From: Amoebidium appalachense
Taxonomy: Eukaryota; Protista; Ichthyosporea
DNA: 64,000 bases
Assembly (NCBI GenBank): GCA_963693365.1
Contig: CAVNZM010000006.1
Location: 6,551,264-6,615,263, forward strand
Direction of reading: 5' to 3'
Under the pieces are notes generated by a model. It did not search any database, was not told where the DNA came from, and was given only the letters and a program-made list of their open reading frames with translations. This document shows positions 43,719-64,000 of this stretch, one piece after another. The translations under genes were made by a program, and so were the position numbers. How positions within the stretch are numbered: position 1 is the stretch's first letter; every line of letters begins with the position of its first letter.

Positions 43719-44751
43719 TGCCCCCCCTCTCTCTGAGGCTCAGGCTCTCTCTCTTCCCTCAGAAGTTTTGTCGAAGGTGTGCATGGTTGTGGGTGGAATG
43801 GTGAGTGTGTGCTAACGAGTGTATGTGTGTGTGCGCGTCAGTCACGCATGTTGTTGTTGCCGTTTTTTTTATTTTTATTTTTTATTTTTTATTTTGGGGG
43901 GGGGGGAGGGGGGGGGGGGCACCTTCACATGTCCGTAATCCTCTTCATTCCACACAAATATTGCCTCGCTGAGTGCGCGTGCGTACTCAGCCCTGCGGGG
44001 GTGTGACTTGTACGTGCCGTCCGCCGTGTTTGCAATGGAGTGGAAGGCGTCATTCAGCACAGTCTGCCACACCACCTCCCCAGGCGGTGCCTGGCCCAAC
44101 ATGCCCTCTCTGGGAGCTGCCTCGGGTCCCCCTGGGGCTGCCTCAAGGCCCCCCGGGGCTGCCTGGGGGTCCTGGGGGGGTGCCTGTGGGCCGGCAAGGG
44201 GTTGCTGCTGCTCGGCAGGGGGAGGGGCTGGGTCAGGGACCACCGGCACCTCGGCACCTGGGTCCGGTGGGGGCTGAATGGGCCGTAGCCACTGCAGGTG
44301 CACCATCAGCTCAAAGGGCGGCGGGCCCAGCTCTCCCAGGGTCTTGCCCTTGTCGGGGCCAAAGGGCACCTGCATGGCCGGCGACAGCACCTGATCCACC
44401 CGCACCACTGCATGCTTCTTGCCCACCTTCATGCCCCCCCAGCGCTCCGGCTGCACAGCCAGCACCACCCCGGTGGCTGCTGCAGCATGTGGGCCCCGCC
44501 GGGGCACAATCTCAACCCCTTCACCGAGTGCCTTTGCATGAAGCCGCGCTGCATGTCATAGAGGGAAGCAAAAAACTCAGCCAAAAAGCCACAGCACCAA
44601 CGTTTTTCTCTTCGCTCCACAAAAATCAAATGCATATTCCTTAGCAACCCCCCTTCCCCCCCCCCCCCCCCCCCCCCCCTTCTCCCTCCCCCCCCCCCCC
44701 TCTCCCAGTGCCCAGCTTGTGTGGCACTTGCACGTGTTAACAGTGCTATAG

Positions 44752-44794
<43 letters not shown>

Positions 44795-44885
44795 ACCACC
44801 ACCACCACCACCAATCACCCCCTCCTTTGATAGCCACCCGACACCCAGCATAACACAACTGGAACACTGGCCCATGTGGTCAGCC

Positions 44886-44919
<34 letters not shown>

Positions 44920-46424
44920 CCCCTCCCCCCCCCCCTCCCCCCCTCTCCTCTGGGGGGCCCAAAATCTTTCTATATCTGGCATAAGCACATAAGCACTGGG
45001 GCAAAAAGCAGGTGGGATACACACCTGACAGGTTTGGCCTATCGACCACGGCCGAGTAGACCTGCAGGGACGCATATGCATCAAGGGCAGCGTAGGTGGC
45101 CTGCACCTCTGATAGCGGCTCGTGCCAGTTGGAGCATCGAACAAGTGCCGGCTTGGGCAGCTTCTTGCCTATGACCTGGGCAGTGATGTCGGCCAAGCCC
45201 CGGGCCGCAGAGGTGATAGCTGCACGGGCATAGCAGAACCGGCCCAGCTCCAGATAGCTGGCCACAGGGGTGCCGTAGTCCTTGTTGAGGTGGGCCGAGT
45301 CCGTGCCGATCTGCTTGCCCACCTTGATGATGCTGGGGTCCCTAAGCAGCGCAATCAGCTCGTCCACCAGCCGCGCGGGCGGGCTGTGGTTGGGGCCCAT
45401 GCGTGCCAAGTGGAAGATGTACACGGCCCGTGCGGTGGCAATCTGCAGCGTGCAAACCTTGGACCGCGCCTGGCCCACCCGATAGACCCACTCGCAGTCC
45501 AGCCCCACCACGCGGTGCTGCTGCCCCTCCAGGTCGGCACGAATGGCCGCTGTAGCCACCACCGCCCCCTGGCAGTCGGTGTACACCGGCTTAGGGTAGT
45601 TGGCCGGCAGCTCCAGCCCAGGCAGACCGTCCGTCACGCTTACCAGCGCAGCCTCGTTCAGACGGACGGGGCATTTTGGCCGGGCTAGGGTTGGAAACAT
45701 GCGCTCAACAAACGCCCGGTCTTGGCAGCACCGATCTGTGTAGAAGAAGGCCGGGCCCTTGCTGTTGAGCGCCGCCGTGGTGGCAGAGATGCGCTGGATC
45801 ACGGGCTCAATCTCCTGGTGGCTGCAGTCCCGTGTAAATACCTGCGCCCGGATCTCTGGGGTGCCGCACTGTGTGAGAGGGCATCTCCGAGCAGCCATGC
45901 ATGTTCTAGCTTCCCTTACCACATGGCCCTTCACGAGACTTCAGTGCCCACACAATCCTTTCCCCCTCCCTCCCCCCAAACCCATGTGCCCACATACTTT
46001 CCCCTCCCTCTCCCCCAAAACCCTTCCCCCTCCTTCCCCCCAAACCCATGTGCCCACATACTTTCCCCAGGCCTCCCTTTCCCCCAAAATCTTCCCCCCC
46101 CCCCCTCCCCCTAAACCCATGTACCTACAATCCTTCCCCCTTCCTCCCCCTAAACCCTTGTGATCACAATCCTTTCCCCCTCTCTGCCTTCCCCCCAAAC
46201 CCATGTGCCCACGATCCTTCCCCACTCCCCCTCCCCCCAAACCATGGGACAGCCCTCCATATGGCACCTACTGTCCCCCCCCCCCCCCCCCCCCCCCACC
46301 CCACCCCGGGCCTCTTGCCCTCTCTACCTTCAACCCCGACGGTGGTGTCTCTCCCCCCCCCCCCCCCCCCCCCTGCATCCCTTGCAATCACTGGCCCCTA
46401 CTCCCATTCTGCTTGGCAGAAGCT

Positions 46425-46488
<64 letters not shown>

Positions 46489-46722
46489 ATTCCCCGCCAA
46501 AAGAAAGCTCCACCCCAGCCCACCCCAATCTCTACCCAGCAAAAACACATACACACATATCTGGAGCTTCCTAGTTTTTGCTCGACAGGGCAAGAATTGT
46601 CCCCAAAACCCACATACTACAAACCTCTACTCACAGTGTGCCACCTCATTAAATGTGGAGCCTAAGAGATTTAAAGGCCCTAGAGGGGGGGAGGGGGGGA
46701 GGGGGGGAGGGGGGGCGTGTGT

Positions 46723-46753
<31 letters not shown>

Positions 46754-47181
46754 GGGGGTGGGGGGGGGGGGGGGAGGGGGGAAGGGGGCCTGGGGGAGAG
46801 TGGGGGGAGGGGGGAGAAGAGGAGGGACCACACACCGCCAAGCTCGTTTACACAAGTCCATAGGCCTCGGTACAGAGGCTCCCCATTGATGCCGGTGAGC
46901 TTCCCAATTTGGAAGGTGTGGTCGGCCTTGAGCACGTTGTTTACGGGCTTGAGCTGCGTGTCCAGGCTCTGGTACTTTGCCGTGCGGTCGCTGAACTCAG
47001 TATACACGGCACTCAGGTATTTGCCTGAACCCCAAGTACTGTTAGAACTCCACCACCCTCCCATCAGGACCATCCCCCCCATTCCCTCTAGTCCCTCGTG
47101 TTCATCTCACCTCTCTGTATTTTCGTAAGTCTGTATGGCTTTTCCCATCTCAAAAACGCTACACACCCATCTCCGGCCGTT

Positions 47182-47221
<40 letters not shown>

Positions 47222-47399
47222 CCCCGCCTCCCCGGCGCGCGCAAACCCTCCAAGTCATTGCACCAACTTTCACCTTCTTTCCCCTTTGTGCCCCATCTGC
47301 AGTTTGTCCCCTGCACGTCCGTTTGCCCTTCCCCCCACACCCTCCTGCCACTACTATAATAACCATTAAGTACCGCCACCAAGATCCAGTCTACCACCA

Positions 47400-47458
<59 letters not shown>

Positions 47459-47602
47459 CCTCTCCACCTCCTTTCCCCCAACACACACAGACACACATGC
47501 GCACACCCACCATCTAATTTCAGGCATAACAGTTCTCCACGATTTCCCAAGCACACTCACTGGTACATGGACCGTTATGCTTTCACCCCTCTGATGATCC
47601 CT

Positions 47603-47639
<37 letters not shown>

Positions 47640-47710
47640 ACCACCACCACCACCACCACCACCATGACTGATTGCCACCACCACCACCTAATCCATCACC
47701 ATGTCCCCCC

Positions 47711-47779
<69 letters not shown>

Positions 47780-49171
47780 ACGGACCCACAAGTACACGCA
47801 CACTCACAGGCGCACATCCACCACCACACATCCACCACCACCATAATAGAAACTTATTGACCACACTTCCAAAACCCATTTCCAAGTCCCCCCCCCCCCC
47901 TAAAAAAAAAATAAAAAATAATAAAACAAAACCCTACCAAGCCAACCCAAAAAATGCCCAAGCACGTGCATACAAAACAATGGGGACCATTTACACACCC
48001 AAAATGCAGTGCACACTTGCCTGAAGGCACATGTCCAGCGTAACCATTTTTGTCACCAAACGCCGAGAACTTAGCCGCCTGCTCCTCTGGGGGAAGTTCT
48101 GTCAGGCGCTGGTCGTGGGGGCGGAAATCGTTACGCTTTTTGAGTTCATACTTGGTCCAATGCAGCGCCCTCGAGTAATACAGGAGCCGCTGCTCGTCGT
48201 ATCGCTGCTTGTGGAGCTCCGAGAGGAGGGTGGCAAAGGCGTTTGGGCCCACACCTTTGTCTGCCAGTGCACGCAACAATGTTACCACCTTTAGGTCGAG
48301 CCCACTGCGGTGGCTAAGGTAGGCCGGAAACTGATCACGCATGAAGAGTGGAAGGCGTTTAATTGTCTGGGGGTTTGTGCCGGCAAAGTTTTTTTTGCAT
48401 GTGTCACAAAAGTACCGGGCCGTGATAATGTAGTAGCAGCTGTCAAAGTCGATAACACGCCGTCCTACGGGGTTGCTCATGAACCCATTGCGAGAAGTAC
48501 GGTGTGGGTTGGGGTGGTTGTGGGGGTCCACGTAGTGATCATCGAAGGGGCACGGCACCATGAAACCGGGAGACAACCTTTCCGGAAGCCAGGCAAAACA
48601 TCTGGGTTTGTAGAAAGGCGCTGGATCGCCCCCAAATTTAAAGCCTATAATGGGAGGTGGAAGATGCCACCCCACAGGCGTCTTCTCATCTTTGAGACTC
48701 TCTTTCACTGTGTGCAGGTGCGACTTGATTGTTTCGCCCGCCGCGTCAGAAAACTCCTCTCCACCGTCATCCCCGTCCGTATTATCTTCTCCCTCTTCCT
48801 CCCCTTCATCCTCGTCTACCCGGTACGCATCTGCTGCTGCATTTAGCAAAGGTTCCTCGTCGGGTTGCACCTGTATGTCTGGTGGGTGTGGAGCAGGGGC
48901 CCGATCCATTTCTCTTGGTAACGAATGGACGCTACCTGCCTCAACTACACGGGCCCTTATGTCGGCGGCCTTAGATAGAGGGGGCTGTTCGGGTTGTACG
49001 TTTACGTTTAGTTCCTGCAAAACAGCTTTGTTTGCCGTCCCAAAACCTGCAAAGTTCGCTAAAGGCTGAACAAATGCAGCATCTTTTTTTTTTGCGCCCA
49101 GCTCCCTCCCTAGCTCCGCCTGTTTTATGCCCAGGGCGCTGTGTTGTGCCCTTAGGGCAGCCTGGCTTCAT
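41240..49171 (-). CDS. Large DDE transposase-like protein (Mutator/ISL3-like DxxH type, DUF6729-like N-terminal region) with an inserted 3'-5' exonuclease domain; 6 exons, ~1530 aa after correcting two homopolymer frameshifts
   Basis: Exons (minus strand): 49171-48021, 47024-46836, 45855-45025, 44548-43923, 43458-43252, 42839-41240; phases are consistent. Motifs: GGAREGAGRKK, FAWLP..CP..RRVIDFDSCYYII..YFCDTC..LP..FPAYLSHRSGLD..ELH, LKADHTF (D1), FYTDRCC (D2), VLNDAFH (DxxH), GCLSDPPG, YRCIRGTNEVEGAVH (E), and C-terminal CKTC..C..C. One extra base at A10 (49084-49093) and one at G10 (42279-42288). Confidence 0.8.
45050..45600 (-). other. DEDDy 3'-5' exonuclease domain (WRN-exo/RNase D/EXD2-like) within exon 3 of the transposase-like gene
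   Basis: ExoI VVGLDCEW, LQIA..VYIFHL, LLRDPSIIKVG..TD (ExoII), GLADIT..VIGKKLPK..VRCSNW..PLSE.Q..YAALDAY (ExoIII). Confidence 0.9.
45950..46250. repeat. Degenerate ~50-bp repeat CCCAAACCCATGTGCCCACATACTTTCCCC in transposase intron 2
   Basis: Copies at ~45975, 46039, 46110, 46150, 46194 and 46236. Confidence 0.75.
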
Positions 49172-49652
49172 TTTAAACACTTGGGGCCTGGCCCCCTGCC
49201 CCCCTAGTGCGACTACGTTACCGCAAACATTCCCGTATTCCAGTGTGCTCGGCAATGCTGCTCATGGCCTTCCCGGACTGGTGGTTGTGACCAGTAAAGA
49301 GCGCGCCAATTCCTGACCGCCGCCTACAGCAGTGTATGATCTGTTATCCATATTCGGCAAAAGGGGTCTTGCCCAACCAATGGCTTGAATCCTTGTAACT
49401 TTGCTTTATCCATATAAGGTTAGCTGAACACCCCCCCTCCAATCATACCCCCCCCTTCTCTCTAGTAGTAGCTCCTGGCATGCCGCACCCCCCGGTTCAA
49501 AGCGGGCGGGTAAACTTTTCGCGCGCTTTTTACTGCTAAGTCGATCTGATTGGCTTTTGAATGCATGCGATATTAGGATAGATAAGCTAAATATGGCTAT
49601 ACTTTTGCGCATTTCCTTAGTCACTGAGTTTAGGCAACCCCGCAGCTCCACC

Positions 49653-49701
<49 letters not shown>

Positions 49702-49716
49702 ATCCCTCTGTCCCCC

Positions 49717-50188
<472 letters not shown>

Positions 50189-50811
50189 CTCATTCCCCCG
50201 ACTCGGCGAGTCCTACCCCATTCTCCGTTGTCTCCGCAACTCCAACCCTTCCATGGCCACCACCACCAACACGTGGACCACCACGTGCACCACACGCGTA
50301 CATGTGCACCCACCCAAAGATTGGGAATGACACTCATCCACCACACTTTAAAGCCTGCAGCTGATCTCACGAGTGCATAGGCTAGGGCACCAGCCAAGGG
50401 GCACTATCATAATCAAACTGTATTTATGCAGATAATGGATGCCCAAGGGGATATCGGCAGCAGCTGTTGCTGTGCTGCATGATTTTCGGATCTCGGTCTA
50501 CCAGGATAACTATTTATTTGTTTTTCACCTTACAGTTTTCCTAAAGAACAGAATTACAGTTCTGCACCGGGCAGCTGAAAATTCAGAGGCTATTACACCA
50601 TTTTCAAGTCTTAGAATCAATCTCACACGGTTGCTCAGTACTACTTCGCATTTTATGATCACTACACATTTTGTCCAATCATTTTAATAGGATGGTTGAA
50701 AACCTATCCACCCCGGTTCGATTTATGCCGGGTTAAATCGAAGTAAACATAATTATTAAACCATTTCATTATAGGGTTTCCCACATGACTCGTGAGTTAA
50801 AACTCGCGCGC

Positions 50812-50856
<45 letters not shown>

Positions 50857-50857
50857 A

Positions 50858-50924
<67 letters not shown>

Positions 50925-51333
50925 CGCGTGCGTGCGTGTGCTTGCGTGCGTGCGTGTGTGTGTGTGTGTACGTGCGTGTGCGCGCATGTGTGCATGCGTT
51001 CTTATGTGCGTGACTGTGTGCATGGACACCCATCATGTGTGCGATACCTGCATGCCCGTGCATTCATAGTCAGGTGAAAGTTCACATGTGACATGGTGTG
51101 AGATAAATGCTAGTGTTAGTGTGTGATGCTTCGGCCGGTTCTGAGAGGGCTGGCCGGCAACCGAATCATGAAAAACGTAAAACGAGACGAACGGGCGGCA
51201 GTCAAAAAAGGATCATACATCCAGAATTTAGCAGCAGCACGGGTGACCAACCAAAAAAGCCCCCACCAATTTCACCTTCAAAAATCTCCACCGATTTCAC
51301 CTTCAATCCACCGATTTCACCTTCGATAATGTC

Positions 51334-52257
51334 TCAGTGCATGTCTTTCTGTGCTGAGTTCAAAGAGTTTCTATCCGCATGTACCTGTATGTTGGCGGGC
51401 AAGTATCCAACCACACACGCCTTCATCATATTCTCAATGTTCACCCACTTGTGGTATTCATCAAACAATTCCGTCGCATCTATCCCCGCGCCGCGCAAGA
51501 GCTCCTCTGCCCCTCCCGGATGGAAATCAATGAAGTGGGTGACGTTGTATACGCGCCCACGCACCGCCATCCATGCGTCCTTGGGTGTGTTGTGCTAGTA
51601 AAAGGAAACAAGATTCTGGAGTCAGCACACGTTTGGAAAAGAAACTCAGACGTAAATAGTGGATACTGGTGAATAATGGTTACATCACCCCCTTCCTCCC
51701 CCCCCCTCCCCCCCCCCCCAGGCGAGACATGCAGACAAACACTCCGTCAGCCCCACACCCCATCCATGGCTGGCCACTTGCTATATACCCAAAATGTATG
51801 TAGACTGTCAGAACGGGGTGAAACAGACGATAAGTGTGGCCCCGGGGGACGAGAGGGGGGAGGGGGGGGGGGTATGTGTGTGGGGGTGGGTGGGGGACGG
51901 GGTTAGGCAGAGAAGGGGAGGGGGGGGGGGGGGGGTGGACCAGCAAAACACAGGGGTGACAAAATGTGTAGATGGGAGAAAAGGTGAGATCAATTATGGT
52001 CGGAACGAACTAGAGAGAGGTTATGGTGACATTTTCGCTCATGCTGCTGTTTAAACGTGTGTGTTTTGGTAAAGGAGTAAAGATATGAAATAGAAATGAT
52101 CCGTCTTCCACTCTTCTTCTTCGCCCCCCTCTCCCTCTCCCACCCCCTCCCCCCCCCTCCCCCCCCTCCAAAAAAACAAACAAAAAAAACACCATTCCCC
52201 TTCATGATTTGAAGCCACACTTAACTGTATTATTATCCGTCGAGAGCCCTTTTTTGC

Positions 52258-52310
<53 letters not shown>

Positions 52311-52690
52311 ACACACACACACCCCACACAACACACACACACACCGCCCCGCCCGCCTTCCCCATTTCCCCTCCAAAATTTCAAGTGGTGGGGGCCACAA
52401 ATAGCTTTTTACTTGGTAGATGGTTTATGTGCGGGCATATCCACGGTTTATATGTGTACATGTGTGTGTGTGTGCGCGCGCGCGTGTGTGTGTATGTGTT
52501 AAGGGCGAGCCATAATAGGGGGAAGAAGAGGGGGGGGGGGGGGGGGGTATTTGCATACTTTTGCTAACTCCTCTAGAGAGATCTCTCGCACCACACCACT
52601 CACACCTGCACCGAGACATTGCAGTTAGAGCCCATCCCACCGCAGTGTGTCCCGTGTGTGTGTGTGTGTGTGTGTCTCTCTGTGTGTGTG

Positions 52691-52734
<44 letters not shown>

Positions 52735-52795
52735 TGTGTGTTAGGTGTGTCTGTGTGTGTGTGTCTGTGTGTGGTGGTGGTGGTGGTGGTGGTGT

Positions 52796-52830
<35 letters not shown>

Positions 52831-52991
52831 GGGCACCGAAATGCAGCATTTTCCGAAAGCTGAGAGTACAGAGGTCGAGGTCGTTGAAAACGGCATTGGT
52901 GGTGGGTGAAAACAGGGGGCAGGAGGAGGAGATGGGGGTGAGAAGGGGGGGAGGGGGGGGGGGGGGGGAACAAGAGAAGAAGGTGTTGTGT

Positions 52992-53022
<31 letters not shown>

Positions 53023-54031
53023 GGGGAGGAAGGGGGGGGGGGGGGGGGGGGGGGGGTGGCTGAAGACCATGAAGGAGTTACATGCCGAATTAGGGTGATG
53101 TGGTGAGAGAGGGGGGGCAGCAGGGTGGGTGGGGGAGGGGGGGTTGACGAGACAAAATGCAAGGAGGCCAGGTAGGTTAGAAGGGGTGCCGGAGGAGGGA
53201 GGGAGGGGGGGGGGGGGGGGGGGACGTCCTTGTGTGCAAGTGTGAGAGGTGGTGTAGTTTGGTGTGTCAACCAGAAGGGCGAAGGAGGTGTTGTATTCAT
53301 ATCACGATGAATTATTTTTGTAGTAAACTAGTTGAAAACTTTACTTTTGGCTTCAATCAAAAACATGGCAAATAGTGCCCGAAAGAATGGGGTTTATGAT
53401 GCAACAAGGACTGCGAGACTCTGTGGTCCTCATGTCATCCATGCAGCACCCATGCATCCGCCCACATTCGACTATGAATTCGCCTACCTGTTAGGTCCTG
53501 CCCCGAGCCAGCCAGCCTCACCCAGTCCATCAAACCCCTTCCAGGCTTGAGCGGCACCTTCTTGCGCACTGTGAAAAGAACGACGGGCAAATCAATAAAT
53601 GTTGAAAACGAAGATGAGGGTGGGGAGGGGGGGAGGGGGGAGGGGGGGGGGAGGGAATGGGGGCTATTATGAGTGTGTGTGTGCAGCGGAAGTGCGTGCG
53701 TGTGTGCGTTCATCCGGCGGAGGGGGGGTTGGCAGTGTGTGTGTGTGTCTGTGTGTGTATATATGTGTGTGTGTGTGTGCGTGTGTGTATGCGCGCGCGC
53801 GCGTGTACGTGCGTGTGTGTGTGTATGTACGTGCGTGTGTTGTGTGTGTGCGCGCGCGTGCATGCTTGTGTTCGTGTGTGCAGGCCTGCGAGCTTGCGCG
53901 CATATTCGTACGTGTTCTTGTATGCGTGCCTGCGTGGGCTTGAGAAGGTAGGGTGTACGTTCCGCCATTGACAATACATGTGGAGGGGATCTGCTAGGAA
54001 ACTTGCCTCGGGAGGGTGGTGGACTAGACAT
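51334..54031 (-). CDS. Short cytochrome b5-like heme/steroid-binding domain protein (similar to the CYB5R4/Ncb5or N-terminal region, RLF/Irc21 type)
   Basis: Exons 53568-53488 (RKKVPLKPGRGLMDWVRL..DLTG), 52605-52559 (VREISLEELAK) and 51594-51334 (HNTPKDAWMAVRGRVYNVTHFIDFHPGG..GIDATELFDEYHKWVN..VVGYL) are phase-consistent and contain both heme-ligand His residues. The first exon (~54031-53960) and the exact 3' end are uncertain. Confidence 0.85.
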
Positions 54032-54536
54032 CCTTGCAAGAGTCGAGTGTAGCTACAAACTGTGACACCGTTGAGGCATGCGCCTGTGTTGTGTTTGTGT
54101 CGGGAGTGAACGAAGAGTGTGAAATACGGCCATATCAACTTGGTGACGTCATTAGAAACACAACCACTGGTTGAATACATTTGGAATTTGCCTAAAAAAG
54201 CAAAACATCCAACGAATAGATCTTCCATCTGCCAGGGCACAAACTGGCACAAACACGACGGCCGAAAAACCTTCCGTTTTTCGCCTCCTTCACCAACATA
54301 CTCAAACGAACCCTTTTCAAGGTCATGATCCAAGCTTGAGCGAAAGAAAAGCAAAATTTGGAATTGGAATGTAGATAAAAACATGCTTCGGGGCTTCTTT
54401 TCAAAGAAGTGAGAAAACACTGAAACCATTGGGTACATCATTATCATCTGCAACTGAGCTCCGTTTTATGTACCACGGAATCTATACAAACAACCAACTC
54501 GTTGTTCACACCACCCAGCTGGGTGCAGAAATAAAC
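54032..54536. promoter_or_regulatory. Putative bidirectional promoter between the cytochrome b5 and mannosidase genes
   Basis: ~0.5 kb of repeat-free sequence between head-to-head genes; inferred from the arrangement only. Confidence 0.45.
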
Positions 54537-63603
<9,067 letters not shown>

Positions 63604-63710
63604 GTGGGTCCATAAGGAAATTAGCCCCCCTTCCCCCCCCCCCCCCAAAAAAAAATAAAAATTAAATAAAATAAAATAAAATGCAAGGAATGCGCACGGC
63701 ACGCACGCAT

Positions 63711-63746
<36 letters not shown>

Positions 63747-63747
63747 G

Positions 63748-63784
<37 letters not shown>

Positions 63785-64000
63785 CACTCGCGCACGCGAG
63801 CGCACGCACCACACACAAAGTATAATAATAACATAAATCATATAGTTTAAAAAATGTTTTACCAATGGGATTACCGAGACCCCCGTTCAGTGAGCAGTAG
63901 TTTAAACAAACCCACATGGACCCTCTTTCCCCCCCCCCCCCCCCCCCCCCCACCACCACCACCCCCTTCCCCCCCCCCCCCCCCCCCCCCCCCACCTGCA

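Noticed and set aside
44429-45934. Stand-alone WRN-like exonuclease gene (501-aa ORF in the track)
   Set aside because: The ORF runs through intronic poly-G; the coding part is flanked by phase-compatible splice sites and includes the transposase YTDRCC motif, so it is an exon of the larger gene.

Overview
Eukaryotic nuclear DNA, intron-rich and full of (CA)n, (GA)n and long poly-G/poly-C tracts; most ORFs in the track are repeat artefacts. From left to right: (1) the 3' part of a long uninterrupted ORF for a multi-pass membrane protein (1-1221). (2) A non-coding ~11.4-kb imperfect palindrome (foldback-like element, 1867-13306, axis ~7383) sitting in a poly-G tract, with nested palindromic arrays and inserts. 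(3) An 18-exon KAT14/CSRP2BP (ATAC2-type) acetyltransferase gene on the minus strand (37820-15550), with a ~2.1-kb 42-bp minisatellite in one intron. (4) A 6-exon, ~1530-aa transposase-like gene on the minus strand (49171-41240) whose predicted DDE core is interrupted by an intact DEDDy 3'-5' exonuclease domain; it uses two GC-AG introns. (5) A short cytochrome b5-domain gene (minus strand) head-to-head with (6) a GH38 MAN2B2-like alpha-mannosidase (plus strand, running off the window). All gene models were assembled by eye from splice signals, phase consistency and recalled family motifs; no database search was run.
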